A stretch of DNA of 64,000 bases, from assembly GCA_963662315.1 (NCBI GenBank), contig OY759353.1:3520001-3584000 (forward strand), written 5' to 3'. Below, piece by piece: positions 29,406-39,800 of this stretch (the stretch's first letter is position 1; each line of letters begins with the position of its first letter). Origin of the DNA: Geopsychrobacteraceae bacterium. GTDB lineage: Bacteria > Desulfobacterota > Desulfuromonadia > Desulfuromonadales > Geopsychrobacteraceae. The translations under genes and the position numbers were made by a program. The notes under the pieces are model-generated. The model was not told where the DNA came from, did no database searches, and saw nothing but the letters and a program-made list of their open reading frames with translations.

Positions 29406-31739
29406 ATGACCCCCAATTTTACCCAGACTGCTGCGTTTCTCTGGTCAGTAGCTGACCTGCTGCGTGGCGATTTTAAACAGAGCCAGTATGGCCGTATTAT
29501 TTTGCCATTCACCTTGCTTCGCCGGCTTGAATGCGTCATCCAAAAAGATAAATCCGCTATTCTTAAAAAACAGGAACAGATCGCTGCTATGGCCTTGCCG
29601 GAAGAGGCGGCGGAAAAGATGTTGTTACGGGTTACTGAGGCTAACTTTTTCAATATCTCGCCCATGGATTTGTCCAAGCTTGGCGAATCCGGCATCAAAG
29701 ATAACCTTGAAACCTATCTGCAGTCATTTTCAAAGGATGCACGGGAGATCTTTGAATATTTCAAGTTCGGGGAATTTATCGGCCAGCTGAACGATGCTAA
29801 TCTCCTCTATAAAGTAGTGCAAAAGTTTGCTACGACCGACCTGAGTCCAGAGCGTATTTCCAATTATGAAATGGGACTTGTTTTTGAGGAGCTGATTCGG
29901 CGTTTTGCAGAGAGTTCCAATGAAACTGCCGGTGAGCACTTTACCCCGCGTGATATCGTTCGCCTGACAACGTCTTTGGTTTTTATGGCCGATGATGAGG
30001 TGCTGACCCGGGAAGGGATCATTCGTACCATTTATGACCCAACGGCCGGAACAGGAGGCTTTCTCTCCAATGGCATGGAGTATGTTCACGAGCTCAACCC
30101 CAATGCGGTCATGCGCGCTTTTGGCCAGGAGCTGAACCCGGAATCTTACGCCATCTGCAAAGCCGACATGCTGATTAAAGGACAGGAAGTCGACCGCATC
30201 AAGCTGGGCAATACCCTCAGCAACGATCAGCTTTATGCCGATAAATTCGATTACATGCTCTCTAACCCACCCTTTGGAGTCGATTGGAAGAAGGTCGAAA
30301 AAGAGATCCGGGACGAACACACCCTCAAAGGCTTCGACGGACGCTTTGGCCCCGGTCTGCCACGGGTTTCCGACGGATCGTTGCTGTTTTTGCTGCACCT
30401 CATCAGCAAGCTGCGCGACACCAGGGACGGTGGCGGGCGCATTGGCATTATCCTCAACGGCTCGCCGCTCTTTACCGGCGGCGCGGGCAGTGGCGAGAGC
30501 GAAATTCGCCGCTACATTCTTGAAGCCGATCTGCTGGAGGCGATCGTTGCCTTGCCGACCGACATGTTCTACAACACCGGCATCGCGACCTATGTCTGGG
30601 TACTCTCCAACAAGAAAGCCCCGGAACGAAAAGGAAAGGTGCAGCTCATCAACGGTGTCAACCTCTGTAGTAAAATGCGCAAGTCCCTCGGTTCTAAACG
30701 CAACGTAATGCTTGATGATGATATTGCCACGATTACCCGTGCCTTCGGGCAGTTCGAGCAGATCGATACTGTTGAACTCAACAAGCCTGAAAATATGAAA
30801 AGCAATCGTGGGCGACAATCCGAAAATCCGAAACCGCCAGAACCGAAGACCTTTTCGAGCAAGGTTTTTGCCACCACCGATTTCGGTTATCGGCGCATTA
30901 CCGTCGAGCGGCCTTTGCGGCTTTCGGTACAGTTCAGCAACGAACGCCTGGAAGAGTTGCGTTTTGCCCCCAAGCCGTTTAATGCGGTGATGAAGTGGGC
31001 TTACGAACAGTTTGGACAGAACTGGACAGATGAAGATTACGGTGATCTCTCGGCTTACGAGAGTGAAATTCGCGCCTATATCAAAGTGAATTTCTCCGGG
31101 TTGAAAGAGAAACAGATCAAGGAGGTCTTAGACGAAGGCCTGTGGCGGTTTCAGAAAGCCCTGCTGGAGGTCGGAGCAGCGTTGCAGAAGCAGCTTGGAA
31201 AACAGATGGGGATTGACGCTATCGTTGCTGGTTGGTGTGACGACTTCAATCATTTTGAAGGTCAGCTGAAGAAGGCTCTGAGCGCCATCGAGGTGAAGCT
31301 TGAGGTTGGGGAGAAAAAACAGCTTCTTAATGCAGTGAGTTGGAAAAATCCCGAGGCACAACGGGTGATCAAGAAGGTTCACAGCCAAAAGGACGATCCA
31401 CTTTACGGGCTGTTTGAGCTGGGGAAAAAGGTCGTCGAATTTCAGATAGATGGCGACCTGCGTGATTATGAGAATATCCCCCTTGATCCGTCACGTCCGG
31501 TCAAGGAGGTGGTTGAAGATTATTTCACCAAAGAAGTCGCTCCCCATGTGCCCGATGCCTGGATCGACGGCAGCAAACGTGATGGCAAAGATGGTGGACT
31601 TGGTCTGGTTGGTTACGAGATTCCTTTCAATCGGCATTTCTATGTATACACACCGCCGCGTTCGCTGGAGGAGATTGATGCTGACCTGGACAAAGTCAGC
31701 GCTGAAATCATGGAGTTGCTGCGCGAGGTGCATTCATGA
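29406..31739 (+). CDS. hsdM: type I R-M methyltransferase subunit M
   Basis: [30 protein letters not shown] and MFYNTGI motifs; long C-terminal extension. Confidence 0.95.
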   Translation: MTPNFTQTAAFLWSVADLLRGDFKQSQYGRIILPFTLLRRLECVIQKDKSAILKKQEQIAAMALPEEAAEKMLLRVTEANFFNISPMDLSKLGESGIKDNLETYLQSFSKDAREIFEYFKFGEFIGQLNDANLLYKVVQKFATTDLSPERISNYEMGLVFEELIRRFAESSNETAGEHFTPRDIVRLTTSLVFMADDEVLTREGIIRTIYDPTAGTGGFLSNGMEYVHELNPNAVMRAFGQELNPESYAICKADMLIKGQEVDRIKLGNTLSNDQLYADKFDYMLSNPPFGVDWKKVEKEIRDEHTLKGFDGRFGPGLPRVSDGSLLFLLHLISKLRDTRDGGGRIGIILNGSPLFTGGAGSGESEIRRYILEADLLEAIVALPTDMFYNTGIATYVWVLSNKKAPERKGKVQLINGVNLCSKMRKSLGSKRNVMLDDDIATITRAFGQFEQIDTVELNKPENMKSNRGRQSENPKPPEPKTFSSKVFATTDFGYRRITVERPLRLSVQFSNERLEELRFAPKPFNAVMKWAYEQFGQNWTDEDYGDLSAYESEIRAYIKVNFSGLKEKQIKEVLDEGLWRFQKALLEVGAALQKQLGKQMGIDAIVAGWCDDFNHFEGQLKKALSAIEVKLEVGEKKQLLNAVSWKNPEAQRVIKKVHSQKDDPLYGLFELGKKVVEFQIDGDLRDYENIPLDPSRPVKEVVEDYFTKEVAPHVPDAWIDGSKRDGKDGGLGLVGYEIPFNRHFYVYTPPRSLEEIDADLDKVSAEIMELLREVHS

Positions 31740-31781
31740 AAGCTGCTGCTTGCCAGATGTTTTCTATGTTTAAAATAGTAC

Positions 31782-31810
31782 TTGACGGTATGAATGGGGG
31801 AATGTACAGT
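31782..31810 (+). promoter_or_regulatory. internal sigma-70 promoter for the RNA-abi-hsdS segment
   Basis: TTGACG-17 nt-TACAGT. Confidence 0.7.
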
Positions 31811-31816
31811 TTTTCC

Positions 31817-31904
31817 ATCGCTTCGGCGATTCACTTTAAAAACACCCTCCAAGCCTCTCCGATGGTTCGCCGTCGCGATGCTCAAACCGGAGGGTTTATT
31901 TTTA
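31817..31904 (+). ncRNA. structured RNA upstream of the abi gene (abiF-motif-like; putative RNA antitoxin)
   Basis: ATCGC-TTCG-GCGAT hairpin at the predicted +1. ACCCTCC/GGAGGGT outer stem, extended by A/T tracts, encloses CGATGG-TTCG-CCGTCG. T-rich 3' end. Confidence 0.6.
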
Positions 31905-31916
31905 GGGGGCTAAGCT

Positions 31917-32840
31917 ATGCAATATAGCAAGCCCCCTCTTTCAATTGATGATCAGGTTGCCCGTTTGTTTCAGCGCGGGTTAGTCTGCGAAAACCCTGAG
32001 CGACTCAAACATTATCTCACCCATATCGGCTACTATCGCCTTAGCGCCTATTGGCTCCCTTTTGAACTAGCTCCTGTAGAACCAGACAGACGCAACCATC
32101 ATTTCGAAGTAGGTACGACCTTTGACCGGGTTTTGGATCTCTACGACTTTGACCGAAAGCTGCGGCTGTTGGTGATGAACGCCCTCGAACGGATTGAAGT
32201 TGCGATCAGAACGCGTTGGGCAGGTGCTATGGCAAAGCGCCACGGTCCTCATGCTTATATGAATTCAGATCTTTTTAAAGATCCGTGGCAACATCAGCGG
32301 GACTTGGCGATGCTTTCCCGTGAAGTCAAGAAGAGTAGTGAGGTTTTTATCAAGCATTATCTGGATCACTATTCAAGGCCCTTTTTGCCACCCATTTGGG
32401 CAATTGTCGAGATGATGAGTTTTGGGCAACTGTCCTGTTGGTTTTCCAATACGAGCAATACAGAAATAAAAAAAGAAGTCATGCGAAGTCTGAAGTTGCC
32501 TACGATTGAGGTTTTAGAAAAAGTGCTGCATACCCTAACCCCGGTGCGAAACACGGCTGCCCACCATGGCAGACTGTGGAATCGTCAATTTCCGATGACT
32601 CTGCCGGAGATAAAACGGCTGCGGGAAAGGGTTATGCCGAATAGTGCTCCCGATAGGCTGGGGCACCGCATTTTCAACTACCTGGTCATCATCGAGTACT
32701 TGAAAAGTGTCATCAATCCAACGGGGCAATGGAAGTCGCAGTTGATGAGTCTTCTTGAGACTGTTTTGGAGAGTGACTTGAGGTCGATGGGGTTTCCGGA
32801 GGATTGGCGGGAGCGTGAGCCTTGGCGTGGGGTAGAGTGA
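31917..32840 (+). CDS. AbiD/AbiF (Abi_2) family HEPN ribonuclease
   Basis: IGYYRLSAY, LYDFDRKLR...ERIEV and PPIW..VE.MSFG.LS motifs, plus HEPN R-x4-H (VRNTAAHHGRLWN). Confidence 0.9.
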   Translation: MQYSKPPLSIDDQVARLFQRGLVCENPERLKHYLTHIGYYRLSAYWLPFELAPVEPDRRNHHFEVGTTFDRVLDLYDFDRKLRLLVMNALERIEVAIRTRWAGAMAKRHGPHAYMNSDLFKDPWQHQRDLAMLSREVKKSSEVFIKHYLDHYSRPFLPPIWAIVEMMSFGQLSCWFSNTSNTEIKKEVMRSLKLPTIEVLEKVLHTLTPVRNTAAHHGRLWNRQFPMTLPEIKRLRERVMPNSAPDRLGHRIFNYLVIIEYLKSVINPTGQWKSQLMSLLETVLESDLRSMGFPEDWREREPWRGVE

Positions 32841-34174
32841 TGACAGGGCGTTACTCAGCATATTTCTCTGTCAAGAATTCGGGCGTTGCGTGGGTTGGTG
32901 ATATCCCAAAGACATGGGATGTTAAACCCCTATTCGCGTGCACAGATACTGAGTGTCGGAAGAATGTTGATGGTCAAGAGTCAAATATATTGTCTTTGAG
33001 CTATGGTCGAATTATTCGCAGGGATGTTGAAGAGAACTACGGTCTTTTGCCCGAATCGTTCAACACGTATCAACTGGTCGATGCAGGGGACATTGTTTTA
33101 CGCCTTACTGACCTCCAGAACGATAAACGCAGCTTGCGAGTAGGGCATGCTGGAGAGTCGGGGATAATTACCTCCGCGTATCTTAAATTGATCGCCAAAA
33201 GCGGCCAGCTTAACGATCGCTATTTGTATCGCCTTTTACATTCCTACGATACGACGAAAGTGTTCTACGGGATGGGCGGCGGACTTCGGCAATCCATGAA
33301 GTTCGAAGATATGAGGCGTTTGCCATTGCTGGTGCCTTCAATTCCTGAGCAGGAGCAAATCGCCAACTTTCTCGACCACGAAACCGCCAAAATCGACACC
33401 CTGATTGAAACGCAACAACAACTAATCAAGCTGCTGAAAGAAAAGCGCCAGGCGGTGATCAGCCATGCCGTCACCAAAGGGCTGAACCCCGATGCGCCGA
33501 TGAAAGATTCCGGTGTTGAGTGGTTGGGGGAGGTGCCAGAGCATTGGGAAGTATCGGCTCTTGGGTATTATGCTTCATTAAATACTGGTGCCACCCCAGA
33601 TAGGTCAAAGCTGTCGTACTGGAATGGAGATATTCCTTGGATAAAAACGGGGGAAGTAAGGTACGATACAATAATTGAAACTGAGGAAACGATCACCGAG
33701 GACGGCCTAAATAATTCAGCCGTTCAAATTTCACCGCCTGGAACATTGTTGATGGCTATGTATGGCCAAGGCATTACTCGTGGTCGAGTTGCCTTGCTTG
33801 GGGTAGCAGCAACCTATAACCAGGCATGTGTTGCTATTAATCCAAATGAAAAATTGACGAATGAGTTTCTCAGATTCTTCTTTATGGCGGCATATCATGC
33901 AATCCGTGATGGTGGCAATGAAACAAGCCAGATGAATCTGAACGCAGATATAGTTCGAAAATTTAAGATTGTGGTTCCGACAATATCTGAACAAGAGCAA
34001 ATATTTAATAAACTTGATATTGAGTTGGAGCGTTTTTCCGTTCTGGAAAAATCTGTAGAAAGGGCGATTGAGTTAATTAAAGAGCGCCGCAAAGCCCTCA
34101 TTTCTGCTGCCGTCACCGGCAAGATTGATATTCGCAGCTGGAAACCCGGGGCAGAAGTGACTTCATGTCTTTAA
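32840..34174 (+). CDS. hsdS: type I R-M specificity subunit S
   Basis: Two repeats SGVAWVGDIP.TW / SGVEWLGEVP.HW, and EQ..I..FLD..T.KID / ALIS.AVTG conserved regions. TGATG overlap with the abi stop. Confidence 0.95.
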   Translation: MTGRYSAYFSVKNSGVAWVGDIPKTWDVKPLFACTDTECRKNVDGQESNILSLSYGRIIRRDVEENYGLLPESFNTYQLVDAGDIVLRLTDLQNDKRSLRVGHAGESGIITSAYLKLIAKSGQLNDRYLYRLLHSYDTTKVFYGMGGGLRQSMKFEDMRRLPLLVPSIPEQEQIANFLDHETAKIDTLIETQQQLIKLLKEKRQAVISHAVTKGLNPDAPMKDSGVEWLGEVPEHWEVSALGYYASLNTGATPDRSKLSYWNGDIPWIKTGEVRYDTIIETEETITEDGLNNSAVQISPPGTLLMAMYGQGITRGRVALLGVAATYNQACVAINPNEKLTNEFLRFFFMAAYHAIRDGGNETSQMNLNADIVRKFKIVVPTISEQEQIFNKLDIELERFSVLEKSVERAIELIKERRKALISAAVTGKIDIRSWKPGAEVTSCL

Positions 34175-34210
34175 GTAGGGAGCATTCATAGCTCTCTAAA
34201 GGAGGGAAGT

Positions 34211-35293
34211 ATGCCAAGAGAAAGCGTACTGCTATCTACCCATCGCGATAGTCTAACGATCGAAGATTTTATTTTCCATGTCATTCTCAAGGGCGAAGAG
34301 GTCCCGCGATACTTCGATATGGTGACATTTGCCGACAATGACCAGCGGCAATTTTTCACCGATCTCATTCTGGCTGCTGCAGAGGGGACGCAATATAATT
34401 TTGTAGATCCGGATAATTCCGACTTTGTCCGGAATTGCCAAGCCATAATCGACAATCCGGAAGACAACTTCATACCCCTTTCGAAAACTCTTACCCACGC
34501 ATTTCACGAACTGCATTCCGGCAATGTCAACGACGGTGTGTTTGTAATCGCCAGGGTCTCCATTATCATAGATCGGCAGAGGCAATCTTTCATTGCCCTT
34601 CTCAAGGTTGATTACGCGCGGGTTTACCAGCAGGTGGCACAGACATCGGATGATGATCAAATCAGGATTACGTTCACTGAGATCCAAGAGTCCATCGCTG
34701 AAGACAAAAGCAAGATCCAGAAATGGGCGCTGATCGATGTCGGTAACCATTTTGGATGGGACGTTCTGGCAAAACAAAGGGGCCGACTTGGTCGGCAATC
34801 AGACACGTCTGAAGCCATTTCCGATTACTTCAAGCGGTTTCTGGGCGTAACCGAGCGTGAAAGTGCAAGCAACCTGACCCGTGCATTCGTAATCCAGGTC
34901 TCGGCATGGTCAAGGCAGCAGGAGAGCTTGCCGGAAGATGAAATCCCCAACAACTATAAGGCACGTGCGATTGCTTATATGGAGTCGTCTGACAATTTCG
35001 ATACAGATGAATTTGTCAATCTAGTGGTACGAGACGAGGACCAAGAGCGAAAACAGAGAATGGCAGCGTCGCTCCGGGAATTTTTGGCCGATAAGGGATT
35101 AGCCGGACAAACGTTTACACCAACGCCGAATTCACTACCCAAAGCCCAAAGGAAAAATAAACTAACAACCGGTTATGGGGTGGTTATCACTTGGGAGGGT
35201 GAAGCGCAGGACAATGGGATTAACATTGATCATGAAAGGCGTGATGGATACAAATACATAACCATCAAAACCCCTGATTTCGATCTGAGCTGA
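34211..35293 (+). CDS. YejK/NdpA-like (NA37) nucleoid-associated protein
   Basis: FIFHVI, FIPLSKTL, G.FVI, IALLKVD, KIQKWALI and ISDYFKRFLG pattern; AGGAGG RBS. Confidence 0.7.
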   Translation: MPRESVLLSTHRDSLTIEDFIFHVILKGEEVPRYFDMVTFADNDQRQFFTDLILAAAEGTQYNFVDPDNSDFVRNCQAIIDNPEDNFIPLSKTLTHAFHELHSGNVNDGVFVIARVSIIIDRQRQSFIALLKVDYARVYQQVAQTSDDDQIRITFTEIQESIAEDKSKIQKWALIDVGNHFGWDVLAKQRGRLGRQSDTSEAISDYFKRFLGVTERESASNLTRAFVIQVSAWSRQQESLPEDEIPNNYKARAIAYMESSDNFDTDEFVNLVVRDEDQERKQRMAASLREFLADKGLAGQTFTPTPNSLPKAQRKNKLTTGYGVVITWEGEAQDNGINIDHERRDGYKYITIKTPDFDLS

Positions 35294-36753
35294 TGATTCG
35301 TTCACTGCAATTCGTCATACCGCCTATCAACAGACTCAAATCCCTTGCTGACAGTTCTTTTGAGGCCTGGGATTCGGTTTTGTACCGCGGCACCTTTTCG
35401 GACCAGTTTCTCCAGGCTGCAATTACCTGCCTTGAGGAGTTCGAAAAGATTAGTCTTCCAGATGCTTGCGCCCTGTCTCTGGACGACGAGAGAATAGTCC
35501 TGGATGAACTTAGAGCAACCGAAGCTCAGCATCGTCTACCCACAACATGGCGATTTTCCTTCAATAAGGATAACGTCCTAAACAGCGAAGCGTTCGGAAG
35601 CGAGGATATAAAACAGGTCCTTTTTTTTAGCGAGGAGTCCTTCAAAAAATGGGCGTCCGAAGATGTCCGCCCCTTCATTTTTGATGAAAAACTGTTTCAT
35701 GGTCAAAAACCATTAAGAATCTATGTCGTTGGTCTTGTGGATGCTTTTGGTGGCCCTAGGCTGGCGGTTTGCCCCCCCCAGCCGATGGAATTACCAAAAG
35801 AATGGCTTGGTTCCTACAGCCTTCCCTCTGATCTCATACTGAGAACACATATCCATGTCGCGGCTCCTTTTGATGCACGGCTGGAACCTGCGGCCTTTCT
35901 GTTGAACTGGGGGGCAATCAGCTCACAGGCTGCGGAACCATTCAGGCGGTTGAGCGCAACCAGCCTTGCAGCCTGTCTCACCCAAGACTTTTTCGATATT
36001 GAACGGGTTGTGCTAAATGGAACCAAAAGGCTCCAGCTGCCATTAATCAAGAGAGAGGACATTACCCCATCAACGAAACAATTGAAGGAACTTCTTGAGG
36101 CAGTCGAATGGGCTTTCTCGGAAAATCCTGAGACCCGTGTGTTGTTGCTGGCCGATCGGCTTTCACTTGATATTCCCGTAAGCGATTCCTTTGTCGCAGG
36201 TATATGCAATTGCATCGAAACTGCATTGGATCATGCCAGGAACAAATATAGATTTGTTATTCTGGAACGGAAAAACGATCACGCAAAGGAGTTGGCAAGT
36301 CTACAAAAAGATATTCGTATACACACCGAGGCTTTTGCCGAAAAAGTGCGAGGTTTGTTGAATAGCCTGCTAAGAGATGTGTTAGCAGCGCTATTGTTAC
36401 TGGGCGTTGGATTGTTTGCCAGATTTATAAAAGATATTAACGTCTTTAATACTGCTGAAGCCGGATTGCTTTTTAAGGTCTTCTCGCTTTATTTCCTGGT
36501 GAGCATTCTCCTCCAGGGATGCGTTCAACTGCGCGACATATCATTGTCTAAAAAAGAAATCCTATATTGGGCAAATATCACCAGAAATCACATGGGGGAA
36601 GATGAAGTTGAGTCTCATATCGACGAAGCAATCAGACCGCGTCAAACCAATTATTATTGGCAAGGAGGGATTATCGCCCTTATCTACGTATGCCTCAGTT
36701 TGTTGTCCTGGAACATACAGACGACGCTGAAATATTGGGAAATCATCCCGTAA
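35293..36753 (+). CDS. hypothetical protein with a soluble N-terminus, coiled coil and three C-terminal TM helices
   Basis: TGATG coupling to the previous gene; hydrophobic segments VLAALLLLGVGLFA, LLFKVFSLYFLVSILLQG and GIIALIYVCLSLLSW. Confidence 0.75.
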   Translation: MIRSLQFVIPPINRLKSLADSSFEAWDSVLYRGTFSDQFLQAAITCLEEFEKISLPDACALSLDDERIVLDELRATEAQHRLPTTWRFSFNKDNVLNSEAFGSEDIKQVLFFSEESFKKWASEDVRPFIFDEKLFHGQKPLRIYVVGLVDAFGGPRLAVCPPQPMELPKEWLGSYSLPSDLILRTHIHVAAPFDARLEPAAFLLNWGAISSQAAEPFRRLSATSLAACLTQDFFDIERVVLNGTKRLQLPLIKREDITPSTKQLKELLEAVEWAFSENPETRVLLLADRLSLDIPVSDSFVAGICNCIETALDHARNKYRFVILERKNDHAKELASLQKDIRIHTEAFAEKVRGLLNSLLRDVLAALLLLGVGLFARFIKDINVFNTAEAGLLFKVFSLYFLVSILLQGCVQLRDISLSKKEILYWANITRNHMGEDEVESHIDEAIRPRQTNYYWQGGIIALIYVCLSLLSWNIQTTLKYWEIIP

Positions 36754-36840
36754 TTGCTGATTTTGAAAATGAGCGTTATTGATTCATTTGATCCAGAAGT
36801 AAAGCATTTAGTTGGTTGATAATGATATGGGGAGCGGGTA

Positions 36841-39800
36841 TTGGTGGCAAGCAAATCGAACGAGCAAACTTTTCAGAACGATATCATCGATCAGATGGTC
36901 GCCAACGGCTGGCAGCTTGGAACCTCCGCTGGTTACAATCGGAAACTGGCCCTGTACGAAGAAGACGTGCTCGGCTTTGTGCAGAACACCCAGAACGAGC
37001 AGTGGCAGAAATACTGCAAACTCTATCCGCAAAACCCCGAAAAGCATCTCCTTGAAAGAGTCGCCAGCCAGCTCAACAAGGCCGACCCCAACGCTGCCGA
37101 CCGTGACCTGCGCACTTTCGGTACTCTTGGCGTGCTGCGTCACGAACTGCGCGTTCGTGGTGTGCGCTTTAAATTTTGCCAGTTCAAGCCGGAGCACGAC
37201 CTCAATCCCGATACCCTGACGAGATATAAAAAGAACCGCCTGCGCATCGTGCCGGAGCTGGTCTACAGCCCCTATGCGACCGAAGACCTCGCCGGGAGTG
37301 AGGACCAGGCGGGCAAGCAGGCAAAAAACTGGCGTATCGACTTGGTGCTGTTCGTCAATGGTCTGCCGGTTGCCACTTTGGAGCTGAAGTCCGAGTTCAA
37401 ACAGGCGGTCGATAACGCTATCAAACAATACAAGCGTACCCGTTTGCCGAAAGACCCGGTCACCAAGAAGCCAGAGCCGTTACTGACTTTCAAACGTGGC
37501 GCGCTGGTCCACTTTGCCGTCAGCCAGTATGAGGTCTACATGACCACCCACCTGGAAGGGGACGATACGTTCTTTTTGCCGTTCAACCAGGGGACCCAAG
37601 AGGGTGGGGCTGGCAATGATGTACCGGACGATCCGAACGAGTACGCCACCGGTTATCTCTGGAACGAGGTGCTGCTACCCGACAACCTGCTCAAAATCCT
37701 CGCCCGCTATGTCCACCTACAGATAGAAGAAAAGGAAGATTGGCAAGGCAAAAAATACAAAAAAGAGACACTGATTTTCCCCCGTTACCACCAATGGGAC
37801 GTGGTTAACCGGCTGCTTGATGCCGCCCGCAAAGAAGGGCCGGGACAGAAATACCTGATCCAGCACAGTGCCGGGTCGGGCAAGTCGAACTCCATCGCCT
37901 GGACCGCGCATCAGCTTTCATCCCTTTATACTGCCTCAGGCGATAAGCAGTTCCATTCGGTGATCGTTGTCACTGATCGCACCGTGCTCGACGACCAATT
38001 GCAAGACACCATCTATCAGTTTGAACATGCTGACGGGGTGGTGGGGCGGATCAATCGCGAAGTCGGTGAAGGCTCAAAATCAGAAAAACTGGCGAAGGCG
38101 CTAGAGAGTTCCCAGCCGATTATTATCGTTACCATCCAGACCTTTCCCTTTGTGCTTCAGGCGATTGAGAACAGTGTCCGCCTCAAGGAACGACGCTATG
38201 CCATCATTGCTGACGAGGCTCATTCGTCGCAAACCGGCTCGACTGCCCGGAAATTGAAAGAAGTGCTGGTTGCCGAAAATACAACTGATGATATCGAGTA
38301 CACTTCTGAAGATATCCTTGATGCTACTGTCGCCGCCCGGCGTTCTAACGATAACCTGAGTTATTTTGCGTTCACAGCTACGCCGAAGCCGAAAACCCTG
38401 GAGCTGTTTGGCCGTCTGCCCGATGCTGGTCAACAACCTTCCAAAAGTAACCTGCCTGAAGCGTTTCATGTTTATTCGATGCGTCAGGCCATTGAAGAAG
38501 GTTTCATCCTCGATGTGCTGAAGAACTACACCAATTACAAGGTTGCTTACCAATTGGCGCAGAGGATTAAGGCCAAAGACGAAGAGGTTGACAGCAAGAA
38601 GGCGACGGTCAAACTCAATCAGTGGGTGCGGCTGCATGATTATAACATCGCCCAGAAGGTTCAGGTGATTGTCGAGCACTATAAGAACAATATCATGGGG
38701 TTGCTTGGCGGCCAGGCCAAGGCGATGGTGGTGACCAGCTCGCGTAAAGAAGTGGTGCGTTACAAGGAGGAGTTTGACAAGTATATCACCCGTAAAGGTT
38801 ACAGCGGTATCAGCGCCCTGGTGGCCTTTTCCGGTGAGGTGACGTTCAACGATAACGATCCGAATGCCGCAGGGCTGCTCGGTGAAAAGTTTACCGAGCA
38901 CAGTATGAACCCTGGTCTCAAAGGGCGCGACATGCGCAAAGCCTTTGACACCAACGAGTTTCAGGTGATGCTGGTTGCCAATAAGTTTCAAACCGGCTTT
39001 GACCAGCCGAAGCTTTGTGCCATGTATGTCGATAAAAAACTCTACGGCGTCGAGTGTGTGCAGACCCTGTCACGCCTGAATCGGACCTATCCGGGGAAAG
39101 AAGAAAGTGGCACTTTTGTGCTCGATTTCTTCAACGAACCGCAGGATATCCTTGATTCTTTCCAGCCCTATTTTCAGACTGCTGAGCTGGCTGATGTCTC
39201 CGACCCTGACCTGGTTTTCGATCTCTTCGACAAGCTGCGTGCCGAAGGAATCTTTACCTGGCAGGAGATAGAACAATTCGCTGTGGCCTTCTTTGCCAAG
39301 AACAAAAGCAATGCTGCAATCAGTAATATCTGCAAACCGGCGGTTCAGCGCTGGCAAGGACGCTACAAGCTGGCGGTCGACGCTTACAAAACCGCCAAGG
39401 AGATGTTCGACCGTACCAAGCAGACCGGTGACGCGGTCCTGATCGCCAATGCCGAAAGGAGCCTCAAGGAATGCAAACAGGAAAAGGATCGGCTTGATAT
39501 CTTTAAAAAGGACTTGGGCAGTTTTACCCGTTTTTATGAATTTATGTCGCAGATTGTTGACTACGACAGCAAGGATCTTGAAAAACTCAGTCTTTACGGT
39601 CGCCACTTACGGCCGCTGTTACGGGAAAAACAGGAAGAGGAAGAAGATATCGATCTGAGCAACGTCGCTCTGAGCCACTACCGGCTTTCGAAGCAACGCG
39701 AGCAGAATTTGGTGATGGAATCGGACGGAGATTACAGCTTAATGCCGGGTAGTGATCTTGGAACCGCCAAACCGAAAGATAAAAAGGAAGAATTCCTGTC

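Noticed and set aside
34211..36753. Assigning the two-gene cassette to PrrC/RloC or Kiwa
   Set aside because: There are no ABC-ATPase or HEPN motifs, and the sizes and layout (large protein with C-terminal TMs placed second) do not fit KwaA/KwaB as I know them. An HMM search is needed.
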